A DNA stretch of 64,000 bases from Methanoculleus sp. UBA303. GTDB taxonomy: Archaea; Halobacteriota; Methanomicrobia; Methanomicrobiales; Methanoculleaceae. The translations under genes were made by a program, and so were the position numbers. The first letter of the stretch is position 1, and every line of letters begins with the position of its first letter. The notes beneath the pieces were generated by a model, which was not told the DNA's origin, made no database searches, and saw only the letters and a program-made list of their open reading frames with translations. Where the stretch lies: NCBI RefSeq assembly GCF_002501655.1, contig NZ_DANY01000024.1. The stretch is one strand, 5' to 3'. This document shows, one piece after another, positions 1-10,300 of this stretch.

Positions 1-1647
1 TCGCTATTCCGATATCCAAACTTTTTCGGGACGATTCAAGGCTTCGTTAATCAGTTCCTAGCGATACCAGGTTACAGGTCTGAATTTGAAAAGTCAATTG
101 TCGCAATTGATAACGATCGCTTTTTTTCGGAATTAAAGAGACTTTATTCAAGGGACTTCCGTCTTCAGAAATGGATGGAACCCAGAGGCGGAATAAGCAC
201 TCTGGGTAATTACTGGCTTCACCCTGAGACTTTGAAAGTTGGGAAAAATCTAGATGCACCAATAAGTAATCTACGTGAGGATACGCCTACATATCAAAGA
301 ATAAACAATATCCGAATGGATGTGTTAGAAAGAGGTTTTCTCAGCTTTAATGATGCATATTCTATTGCGTTAAGATATCTAAATTCCATTCCAGAAATTT
401 GTCAGGCATTTCAAGATCGCTTTTGCATGTTTTTCCTTGACGAATCTCAGGACACAAATGAGCATCAGTTCCAAGTATTAGATGCCGTTTTTCAACCAGA
501 AAAGATCATGGTTCAGCGCATAGGTGACCCCAATCAGGCTATTTTCAATTCAGATAAAGGGAACAGTATTGTCTGGCAACCAAAATCTCCACTTCACTTT
601 TCAGATTCCCAACGCTATGGCAATACTATTTCAAGATTACTAAGTTCTGTCCGAGTTCAGGATAATATTACTCTAAAGGCCTGTCAATCAAGAAACACTC
701 ACGCTCCCCAGATAATCACTTTTTCACCCGGTGAGGAGCAGCAAGTCCTCCGCGTCTTTGCAGAACTGATCCATAAATATGCAATACCTGAAGATCCGTA
801 TTATGCAATCGGATGGATAGGGAAGGATAACACCGCTGAAGGGAAATTATGTATTCCAATGTACTTTCCCCAATTTAAAAGATTCCAGAAATCTTCCAGC
901 AGGCAATTTTCTAATATGATTTCTTATACCGCTTACGCAATCCATATAGTGAATTTTGAGTGCGTAAAGTGCTTTTTTGAAATCATTCTACAAGGGATCG
1001 CTCACGCTCTCGATGATACCGGGATTAAAGTAGAGGGATCCGGCCGTTCTTATACTCCGCATGCTGTTGAGAGATATTGGAAGCATCAGGATGAAAAGAG
1101 TTATACTAAGTTTCGTTCTCAAATTGCCGATAGTTACCTTAGGGCTCTCAATTCACATCTAAACGCTATTGAGCTTAGGGATTCGGTAAATGCAATCATT
1201 ATGCCCATTTGGTCGATAGACGGAGACGAAGAAGAGACTTTTCTTTTCAGTGACACCATCGATTTCACAACCCAACCCGATACAAAAGAACCAATCAACC
1301 GGTTTATTTCAGATAATGGGACTGTCATTAATGTCGGGACAGTTCACTCTGTTAAAGGCGAAACGCATGCCGCAACGCTATACCTAGAGACAGATTATTA
1401 TGGGGAAACAGATGCAAAGCGGTTGATTAACTTCCTAAAGGGTAAACGGCCCTCGAGTGAACTAAAAAAGGAACGTCACATACAGAACCTAAAAATTGCT
1501 CACGTTGCCTTTAGTCGCCCAAAACACCTGCTAGCCTTTGGATGCCAAGTATCAAACACTATTGGACATGAAAAAGAATTGAAGAATAATGGGTGGGAGA
1601 TTCATTCTGTATCAGAGCTGATTAAGGAAAAAGAGGTGCTGGAATGA
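1..1647 (+). CDS. gajB: UvrD/SF1A helicase, Gabija GajB-like (5' end outside window)
   Basis: Frame 1 is open from base 1 (SLFRYPNFFGTIQGFVNQFLAIP...), so the track start at 175 is internal. Walker B FLDESQDT, motif III QRIGDPNQAI, and C-terminal TVHSVKGETH and HVAFSRP. Short length and the PNFxGTIQxF segment resemble GajB. The partner gajA is not visible. Confidence 0.65.
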   Translation, partial: SLFRYPNFFGTIQGFVNQFLAIPGYRSEFEKSIVAIDNDRFFSELKRLYSRDFRLQKWMEPRGGISTLGNYWLHPETLKVGKNLDAPISNLREDTPTYQRINNIRMDVLERGFLSFNDAYSIALRYLNSIPEICQAFQDRFCMFFLDESQDTNEHQFQVLDAVFQPEKIMVQRIGDPNQAIFNSDKGNSIVWQPKSPLHFSDSQRYGNTISRLLSSVRVQDNITLKACQSRNTHAPQIITFSPGEEQQVLRVFAELIHKYAIPEDPYYAIGWIGKDNTAEGKLCIPMYFPQFKRFQKSSSRQFSNMISYTAYAIHIVNFECVKCFFEIILQGIAHALDDTGIKVEGSGRSYTPHAVERYWKHQDEKSYTKFRSQIADSYLRALNSHLNAIELRDSVNAIIMPIWSIDGDEEETFLFSDTIDFTTQPDTKEPINRFISDNGTVINVGTVHSVKGETHAATLYLETDYYGETDAKRLINFLKGKRPSSELKKERHIQNLKIAHVAFSRPKHLLAFGCQVSNTIGHEKELKNNGWEIHSVSELIKEKEVLE

Positions 1648-4628
1648 CCTTCACCGAAGCGAGCACCGTCGAGCAGATGATCCTCGACACCGTCACCCGG
1701 CAGCGGCGGAGCGAGCGGCCGGTCGTCCGGGAAAACCCTCCCGGCTGGGGCGGGTCTCTCGGCGGCGATCTCCACCCGGCCCGCTGGAAATACGTACCTC
1801 CCACGGAAATTCCTCGGCAGTGGGGCGACGTGATGGTGGAGTCGTGGCTGCGCGAGGCTCTTATCAACCTGAACCCCGAGATTGCTGCCGAGCCCGACCG
1901 GGTGGACGAGGTCATCTACAACCTCCGCGCCATCCTCCTCGCCGTACAGGCCGACGGCCTCGTCCGGGCAAACGAAAACTTCATGGCCTGGCTCCGGGGC
2001 GAGAAGACCATGCCCTTCGGGAAGAACGGGGAGCACGTCCCCGTGCGGCTCGTCGACGCCGCAAATCCGGCTAATAATCACCTTGTCGTCACCAACCAGT
2101 GGACCTACCAGGCCGGCTCGGTTGAGAAGCGGTTCGACGTGGTCTTTGTCATCAACGGACTCCCGCTGGTCATCGGCGAGGCAAAAACGCCCACCCGGAG
2201 CGCCGTGACCTGGTTCGACGGTGCCTTCCAGATCAACGAGATCTACGAAAAGCAGGTGCCGGCCATGTTCGTGCCGAACATCTTCTCCTTCGCCACCGAG
2301 GGCAAGGCCTACCGGTACGGCTCCATCAGAATGCCGATCGATCTCTGGGGGCCGTGGCGGACGGAGGAGAATGAGCCGGAAGGAATGCTTGTCGATGTGC
2401 GCCGGGCTGTCGAGAGCATGCTCCGGCCGGAGATGGTGCTCGACCTCCTGCAGTACTACACGCTCTTTGCTACCGATAAGAAGCACCGCCGGATCAAGAT
2501 CATCGCCCGGTATCAGCAGTTCTTCACCGCCAACCAGATCGTGGATCGCGTGGTGAAAGGCTATCCAAAGAAAGGACTCATCTGGCACTTTCAGGGCAGC
2601 GGTAAATCGCTCCTCATGGTCTTCGCAGCGCAGAAACTCCGCCTGCACCCGAAACTCGGCAACCCTACGGTGATGATCGTCGTTGACCGCATCGACCTCG
2701 ACACCCAGATCACCGCCACCTTCAGCGCTGCCGATATACCGAATATGGTGGGCGTCGCCACACGGCAGGAGTTGCAGACCCTCCTCGCCCAGGACGTTCG
2801 TAAAGTGCTCATCACCACCGTACACAAGTTCGCCGAGGCCGACGGAAGGCTGAACGAACGCTCGAACATCATCGTGATGGTGGACGAGGCGCACCGTACC
2901 CAGGAGGGAGACCTCGGCCGGAAGATGCGCGAGGCGCTGCCGAACGCATTCCTCTTCGGCCTCACCGGGACGCCCATCAACCGTGCCGACCGGAATACCT
3001 TCTGGGCCTTCGGCGCCGACGAAGACGAGATGGGCTACATGAGCCGTTACTCGTTCCAGGAGTCCATCCGCGACCGGGCAACCCTGCCTCTCCACTTCGA
3101 GGCTCCAGAGGTACGGCTGAAGGTCGACAAGGCGGCTATCGACGAAGCGTACCGGGAGGTCGCCGGCTCCTTGAACGAACAGGATCGCGACGACCTCGCC
3201 AAACGGGCAGCCAAGATGGCCGTGCTGGTGAAGAACCCCGAGCGTGTCCGCGCCGTGGTGAACCACATCGTCAGGCACTACCAGACCAAAGTGGAGCCGA
3301 ACAGCTTTAAGGCCCAGGTAGTTACCTTCGACCGCGAGTGTTGCGTGCTCTACAAGCAGGTGATGGACGAGTTAATCGATCCGGAAGCCAGCGCTATCGT
3401 GATGATCAGCCAGTCCGGCGACCCGCTCGAGTGGAAAGTCCATGCCCGGGATAAAGACGCCGAGGAGAAACTGCTCGACCGCTTCCGTGATCCGGCAGAT
3501 CCGTTGAAGTTCCTCATCGTGACCAGTAAACTGCTGACCGGTTTTGATGCACCCATCCTGCAGGCGATGTATCTCGATAAGCCGATGAGAGACCACAATC
3601 TCCTGCAGGCCATCTGCCGGACGAACCGCACATTCGGCCAAAAAAAGACTCACGGGCTCATCGTGGATTACATCGGCATCTTCGACGACGTGGCACAGGC
3701 GCTCGACTTCGATGAAAAGGTTGTGCAGCAGGTCATCACCAACATTGATGAATTGCGGAAAGCCCTGCCTATCCAGGTTCAGAAATGCCTCGCATTCTTC
3801 CCGGGAGTGGACCGAACCGTGAGCACCTTCGAAGGGCTCATGGCCGCGCAGCAATGCCTGCCGAACAACGATATCCGCGACAGGTTCGCGGCGGAGTATT
3901 CAGTACTGAGCACAATCTGGGAGGCACTCTCGCCCGATCCCGTGCTCGGCCCGTACGAGAAAGACTTCAGGTGGCTCACGCAGGTCTATGAATCCGTGAA
4001 ACCGCCAAGCGGCCACGGCAAATTGCTGTGGCATGCCCTCGGCGCGAAGACTGTCGAGCTGATCAACCAGAACGTCCATGTGGAGTCGGTGCGGGATGAC
4101 GTCGAGACGCTGGTGCTGGATGCGCAGGTGCTCCACGAGATCCTCAATGATACCAACCCGGGGAAGAAGGCCCGCGAGATCGAGATCAAACTCGTTGCCC
4201 GTCTCCGCAAGCATGCAAACAATCCGGCATTCATCGAACTGGGCGAGCGATTGGAGAGGATCAAGGAACGCCACGAGCAGGGCTTCATCACCAGCCTGGA
4301 GTTCCTGAAAGCGATTCTTGAAGTGGCCAGGGACGTGGTCGAGGCCGAGCGAAAGGTCGACCCGGAAGAAGAACGCGACCAGGCCAAGGAAGCGCTCACC
4401 GAACTCTTCAACGAGGCAAAAAGCAATGGAACGCATATCATCGTCGAGCGCATCGTCACCGATATCGACGAGATCGTGCGGAAGGTACGTTTCCCGGACT
4501 GGCAGCACACTTCACAGGGCGAGCGGCTTGTTCAGAAGGAGCTCCGGCGTACTCTTCTCAAGTACAAACTTCACACCGACCAGGAGCTCTTCGATCGGGC
4601 TTACGCCTACATTCGGGAGTATTACTAA
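1644..4628 (+). CDS. hsdR: Type I restriction enzyme R subunit
   Basis: Nuclease motif FDVVFVINGLPLVIGEAK, Walker A HFQGSGKS, DEAH box, TGTP, LLTGFDAP and QAICRTNR; 994 aa. Confidence 0.97.
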   Translation: MTFTEASTVEQMILDTVTRQRRSERPVVRENPPGWGGSLGGDLHPARWKYVPPTEIPRQWGDVMVESWLREALINLNPEIAAEPDRVDEVIYNLRAILLAVQADGLVRANENFMAWLRGEKTMPFGKNGEHVPVRLVDAANPANNHLVVTNQWTYQAGSVEKRFDVVFVINGLPLVIGEAKTPTRSAVTWFDGAFQINEIYEKQVPAMFVPNIFSFATEGKAYRYGSIRMPIDLWGPWRTEENEPEGMLVDVRRAVESMLRPEMVLDLLQYYTLFATDKKHRRIKIIARYQQFFTANQIVDRVVKGYPKKGLIWHFQGSGKSLLMVFAAQKLRLHPKLGNPTVMIVVDRIDLDTQITATFSAADIPNMVGVATRQELQTLLAQDVRKVLITTVHKFAEADGRLNERSNIIVMVDEAHRTQEGDLGRKMREALPNAFLFGLTGTPINRADRNTFWAFGADEDEMGYMSRYSFQESIRDRATLPLHFEAPEVRLKVDKAAIDEAYREVAGSLNEQDRDDLAKRAAKMAVLVKNPERVRAVVNHIVRHYQTKVEPNSFKAQVVTFDRECCVLYKQVMDELIDPEASAIVMISQSGDPLEWKVHARDKDAEEKLLDRFRDPADPLKFLIVTSKLLTGFDAPILQAMYLDKPMRDHNLLQAICRTNRTFGQKKTHGLIVDYIGIFDDVAQALDFDEKVVQQVITNIDELRKALPIQVQKCLAFFPGVDRTVSTFEGLMAAQQCLPNNDIRDRFAAEYSVLSTIWEALSPDPVLGPYEKDFRWLTQVYESVKPPSGHGKLLWHALGAKTVELINQNVHVESVRDDVETLVLDAQVLHEILNDTNPGKKAREIEIKLVARLRKHANNPAFIELGERLERIKERHEQGFITSLEFLKAILEVARDVVEAERKVDPEEERDQAKEALTELFNEAKSNGTHIIVERIVTDIDEIVRKVRFPDWQHTSQGERLVQKELRRTLLKYKLHTDQELFDRAYAYIREYY

Positions 4629-4682
4629 CTCCTCGAGCATAATCGAAATCCTCATAGGCTGTCAGCGCAATTCGGTAATTAA

Positions 4683-7316
4683 ATGAAGAGAGAGGCTTCG
4701 GACGCTAGCAAAAAAAGTTTTCGTGATATTCAGGGAGAGGTGTCCAGCTATATTGATGAAATTGGTTCCGAGAAACAGTCTGTGGAACAGGAATTAATAT
4801 GTCTTTATGCAAATGTCGAAAACTCTTTTGAAAATGCCCAAAATCAAATAGAACAAATTAATAACTGTCTGTCTAGTGATGAGATTGAGCTAGAGGAATT
4901 GATTAGGTCACGTTTAGGAATTGCAACATCTTCTGTTGCAAATGCTATTGAATCTCTTAGTAATATGAATCATCAAATCAAATATCGATACAATCAACTC
5001 ATTCTTCCAGTTTTGCTCTTAATAGGATGTGTATTCACAATTTCGCTTTTTGGAAATATCGTTGATACATTGCCCCTTTTGGGAATCAGCATAATAGGGT
5101 TCTCTCTCCTTCATTTAATAATCTCAATAGTCATAGGTTATTCTCTTTTTTTGATGTGGAAATCATATCAGTCCGTTGAGAATTCTTTAGACGATTCATT
5201 TGAATCATTGAGTAAGAACAAATTATTAATCACGCAGCAGAATTGGAAAGTTAATAGAAGACAAGTCCAGACGCAAAAATTTACAAACACGAAACCATTT
5301 TTCACACAGGCAAGTAGAGTGATGGATACCCTGATTGTTAACGTTGGGAAATCATTACCCCTCATCTCACAAGCGTTCGATGAATTGACTCTTTTGACGA
5401 GATATCGCACTTTAGTTGAGAACTTCAGGATTGCACTCAATTATTACGGATTATGTAGAAATCCCGATTTTTTCAATACATTAAAGCAATTTGCACCGGC
5501 AGATGTTCAAATAATCGATGATGAAGGTATTTGGGAAAGATCGATAGTTGATGAGATAATCATCCAATTGAGGAGCGAGGGAGTCAAAGCCTCTCAAAAT
5601 TTGATATTGCTGCTGTTTTACGAACACAATGGACAGGATACGAAAAAAATATTCAGGGAAATTCTCAATTCCCACAACGACCTCCATGCGCTTTCACAAA
5701 TATTGATTAATAACAGAAGAATTGTCGACCCACCTCCATATTACCAATATCAACCAGACGACGTTGTCAGGATATTGGCGTCTATTGATACATTTGATCT
5801 GACCGAAATCAACAGAATAGTTTCCAATAAAATCAGGCAGATGGATTATATTAATAGTTACATTGGTTTTCTTGTAAGCAATGGAATAAATCTACAATTC
5901 AAGCCTACTCTTCGATATATAATTGATGAGCAAAAGGTTCAAACTGATAACTTTGCAATTCAAGTTATTGATTTAGCATACAAAATAGGCACGGATGCAT
6001 TAAGCGAGATTTACTCGTTACCTGAGGAATATTGCCACGGCTTTGCAAATGCATCCATTTCGTTAAAATTTAATAATGAGTTGTCGATGAGGAGGCCTGC
6101 ATGCCAAAGATCGGCTGACGATATGACAACATCGATTATTCGGGCATATTATGAAAAATCAAATGACTTCAATAGGGCTGAACCGGTTCTGCTCATAGAA
6201 TTGATACAAGATCTTGAGTTGATTGAATTAGAATATTCAAAACGGAACTCTGATGACTTTAAATTCCTCAAATCTGAACTTAATGAAGGCAAATGGTTCG
6301 ATAGTAGCGGATCGTATTTAAAAAAGTTCATTGAGACATCTGCCGAGGAGATTAAAGAAAAAATTTCTAAAATTGAAAAATTCTCAATATTGCAGGATTT
6401 ATTGAGAGATAATTTCCAAAACGCCGACATCGATTCAATCGAAAAAGCTATTGATGCTCAAATCTTTGGGGCATATATAATCATGTTTGATTCAAGATGC
6501 GGAAATTTGAGAGAGTTGGTAGATTCTCTATCCATTAGAGATTTAGAATCACAAGACCCTGATAAAAAGTGGGGGTATAAGTCTCACGATCAAATCAAAC
6601 AAATTGAAAGAAAATATGGTGTAACTCCAAAGTATGATTTTATCAATTTCTCCCGAAGCACTCGTATTGGCGTGTTAGAAGAGAATGAAAGTTTTTCTGA
6701 TTTTGAAAAAAACATCTTAAGCGATTTGAAACTATTACTCCGTATATCACATCCCAATTTGGATAGCGAGAAGTTTGATATAGGATTAGTCATTCACAGA
6801 ATCACTCTATCGAAATATTGTCTTGGTTTATTAGACGACAATGACATCTCAGATATTGTGACAATAAAAAATCTTGATTTTGCAAATTACATCTCAAAAC
6901 TTGCTTCTGATCATGTACCCCCAGAAAAACAGGCAAGCGTATTGAGATTTGAAGAGAAAGTCGATCTATTCCAAACAATTAATTACAAATCGATTTATGA
7001 GATAATTAGGTCTGAAAACGACGACTTAAAAACAAAAGAAAAGAAAATTCTGACTAGAGACGACTTAAAAGAAGATATTTTAGATGCATTAGAGAGCAAT
7101 CTAGGGGTAAATGAGTTTAGAGCATTGGCCTTTGACTTAAACAAAAGAATTTCAAAGGAACAAGTATCCAAAGTTGTTGAGAATGTGCTATATGATCGGT
7201 ATATCCAGGAACCTGGCTTGATACGAAATGCCCGGATTCGTGCAAAAATTCAGTCTGAGAGATTTGCTGATTCTTTTGAAAAGTTATCTTTACTCTATGA
7301 GTTACAAAAACGTTGA
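4683..7316 (+). CDS. Hypothetical 877-aa protein: N-terminal coiled coil, two predicted TM helices, large soluble C-terminal region
   Basis: Long AT-rich ORF with hydrophobic stretches LILPVLLLIGCVFTISLFG and LPLLGISIIGFSLLHLIISIVIGYSLFLMW. No catalytic motif recognised. Confidence 0.85.
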   Translation: MKREASDASKKSFRDIQGEVSSYIDEIGSEKQSVEQELICLYANVENSFENAQNQIEQINNCLSSDEIELEELIRSRLGIATSSVANAIESLSNMNHQIKYRYNQLILPVLLLIGCVFTISLFGNIVDTLPLLGISIIGFSLLHLIISIVIGYSLFLMWKSYQSVENSLDDSFESLSKNKLLITQQNWKVNRRQVQTQKFTNTKPFFTQASRVMDTLIVNVGKSLPLISQAFDELTLLTRYRTLVENFRIALNYYGLCRNPDFFNTLKQFAPADVQIIDDEGIWERSIVDEIIIQLRSEGVKASQNLILLLFYEHNGQDTKKIFREILNSHNDLHALSQILINNRRIVDPPPYYQYQPDDVVRILASIDTFDLTEINRIVSNKIRQMDYINSYIGFLVSNGINLQFKPTLRYIIDEQKVQTDNFAIQVIDLAYKIGTDALSEIYSLPEEYCHGFANASISLKFNNELSMRRPACQRSADDMTTSIIRAYYEKSNDFNRAEPVLLIELIQDLELIELEYSKRNSDDFKFLKSELNEGKWFDSSGSYLKKFIETSAEEIKEKISKIEKFSILQDLLRDNFQNADIDSIEKAIDAQIFGAYIIMFDSRCGNLRELVDSLSIRDLESQDPDKKWGYKSHDQIKQIERKYGVTPKYDFINFSRSTRIGVLEENESFSDFEKNILSDLKLLLRISHPNLDSEKFDIGLVIHRITLSKYCLGLLDDNDISDIVTIKNLDFANYISKLASDHVPPEKQASVLRFEEKVDLFQTINYKSIYEIIRSENDDLKTKEKKILTRDDLKEDILDALESNLGVNEFRALAFDLNKRISKEQVSKVVENVLYDRYIQEPGLIRNARIRAKIQSERFADSFEKLSLLYELQKR

Positions 7317-7336
7317 AAAGCCATAACTGAAAAGAC

Positions 7337-10300
7337 CTACCGAACATCCGTCCAAGCAAGAAGCGTGTTTCGTTGACTGCGCTCCAGAGCATCTTTCGCT
7401 TCGCCGACCGCCTCCACTTTGATGTTGATCCGGATCGTGTTATCCGTTGAGATCTCCTCAGTGAGGAGGTGGTTTATCGGGAAGAACTCCCGGATCTCCG
7501 ACCGGATTTTATGGCCGGAGCAGATCAACTGGACGTTGTTCCGTTCGAGGATCGACCAGATCGGCTCCCAGAGGTAGTATGCGCCGGTAGACCCGAACGG
7601 GTTGTCGACTATCAGCACCTTTGCAGTTTTCTCGTAGATTCCGCTGACGACAATGTGCCTGATGAAAGACATGAGAATGACGAAGAAGATGATGTATATC
7701 GCGTTCTCCTGTCCCTCAGATGCCTTAATCATGTCCCATGCCTGGAAGTCCCGGGAGCCGCGGTCTATCTTGCGTATCTTTACGCGGACTCTTCCCATAT
7801 CCATGACCCGGCTCACCAGCTGCTTTGGCCGTAAGTGATCGACGAGGTCGTCCTGCCCTATCTTCCCGCTCTCGATGCTCCGGCTGAGGTCCTGAATATA
7901 CCGGCGCATCTCGACCTCTGCCTCGGCTTCCGGATAGGTGCACTGGGCGAAATTGATTCGCACCATATCGTAATCTTTACCATCGAGATCTATCTTCGAC
8001 ATCCCGGGGAAGTCCTTGAGATATTGCTGGTAAAGCATCGCCACCCCGAGCGCCTGTTTTACGACCTTCTCTTCAATCCCTTTGAACACTTCTATCTGCT
8101 TTCCGATCATCTCGACCTTCGAGCGTATGCTAGCGGAATATTTCTCCAGGTCGCTATGGGCGGACTCTGCCTCACCGAGAGTCTCGGCAGTCCTGAACTT
8201 CAGTTTGAGCGTATCTTTAAAGGCGGGTGCTACAGCAATTCCCGTGATATTATGGACGCAGGCCTCTTTTGCAGAGGTGACCTGTACTTTCCCGTTCCGG
8301 ACACTCTTCTCCCCGCTCCCCAGCTCCTCTCTGAGAGCACGGTGTCCCCTGAGGTCCCCGGCAGGGAGTACATCGCGGTTCGCAAAACCATGAGCACCGT
8401 CCAGGACCCGGTATTCGGTCAGGTTGTCCTGCAGTTCGACAAGTTCCTGCTCCTTCTCCCGCCCGGCAACCTTCAGTTTTTCGATACCATAGCCGACCGT
8501 TGCAACCTCCCTTTCCTTTGCGGCCAGTTCCTCCTCTATCTGCGATGCATCGACGAGCAGAGGGTCAGGAACGTATGCATTGGGAGCATGGAGATGATAA
8601 TCGTCGATCATCTTCGTAAACTCAAGGTGGAGGCGATAGCACTCCTCATACACCTTCGTAAACCGACCTTCGGCACCCTTCAGTTCTTCTTGGAGGTCGT
8701 GGATACCACTCTCGAGCTGCTCTATATACCCGTCCGAGTACGGCTGTTTCGGGTCGGCAGACCCAATCTCTTCCAGGGATATGCCCATGAGCCGTATATC
8801 CTCTTTGTACCCGGCAACGTCTACCCGGTTTCTTCGTATCCCATCTTCGAGTTCCTCCAGACCGCCCGCTGTTTCATCGAGCGCTCCCTTTGCAGCCCGG
8901 TACTCCGAGCGTACCCACTCGATGTCCCGACCACTGAGAGGTTCGACGCGTACTTCCGCGTAGGTCTCGTACTCTTCAAGCTCCCGTTTCAGTCCGACCA
9001 GATGTTTGCTCAGCTGCATGACGGACTCACTCTTTGCAGACTCCTTAAGATTGAGCCCGGATAACACTGCATCCATCTTTCGCAGTGCATCAACCAGCTC
9101 CCTCTCCCTCTGAAGTTCACTCGTCAGATCTTTGCCAACCGTCTCCTTCTGCTTCGTGACATCCAGCCATTCTTTCAGCAAGTCGAGTTTCTTCGCGAAC
9201 ACCTCACGTTGCCGCTGTTTTTCAGTCAGGTCATCCTGCTTTTCAGCAAGGGTTGTTTTATCTTCTCTAATCGCTGCTGCGACTGCCTTGAGCTGTTGCA
9301 GGTACTCTTCCCTCAGACGGGCGTGGTCCGCCAGTTCTTCTCCCTTTGCAAACTCGTTGGGATCCGGATAGCGGTGGATGAACTGCTGTACGAGACCAAG
9401 GTCCTCCGCTATAGCCGTAACCGACTCTTCACGCTGGGTGATCTCCGCATCGACTGTCGCGCTCTCCGTTTTTAAGCGCTCAATAACCCTGTTCCGGGTG
9501 AGGACATCGATGGCGTGATCGGCGTTGCGATGGGGGATGAATACATCCCCAAGCGACAAAACCCTGCTCTCCCGCAGAGAATTGAAACTGACCAGGATGA
9601 CTGGAGAGTCCTGGACCTCGACGGGGAGGGCGTACGGGTTGCGGACGACCTCTTTGAAGTGCTGGTCGAGGAGGAGTACCGCCTTCGGCAGCCAGGGTGC
9701 AACCTCCAGGACATCTGCCGCCTTCACCTCGGGAAGACCCTTGAGGTACTCGGCACCGCTCATGACAGAAGGATACCGGCCTTTCAGGGCGTCGAGAGCC
9801 CGCACGAAACCATCGCTCAGGGGAAAGCCGTACTTCTGGACGGTTTCCAGCTCCTGATGCAGCGCCTTCAGTTTCAACTTGAGGACTGTCAGCGCATCTC
9901 TCCCGAGATTGGTCTCCGCCTGAAGGTAATCACGACAGGAGTGGACGCCATCTTTCCCGCAAGCTCTGACGACCTCCAGCACACTCCTCTTCTCCTCCTC
10001 AAAGAGTGCGATCTCATGCCGGATGCGGTCGATCATCTGCTCCTCACCCTGGATCTTTACCTTCAGGACATCCTCATCCTTCATCTTCACTGAGAGTGCG
10101 TCCTTGAGCGCATCGATCGCAGCAAAGAGGAGAGTACACGCCTGCTCCACCTCGTCGATATGTGCTGCAGTCGCATCGAGATGGTCCTCCAGAAGGAGGC
10201 TGCCGGAAACCTGGGGAAAACTCTTATCCCGATCAGACAACTCTTTTTCCCGCCGTCCCAGGTCTGAGACGGTTTTGCGGCACTCGGCGGCCCGCTTTTG

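Noticed and set aside
1602-3278. 558-aa minus-strand ORF, and similar long antisense ORFs (7835-9064, 33249-34199, 43033-44190, 50691-51800, 52812-54584, 54838-55935)
   Set aside because: Shadow ORFs opposite well-supported GC-rich genes; no motifs and composition typical of antisense frames.
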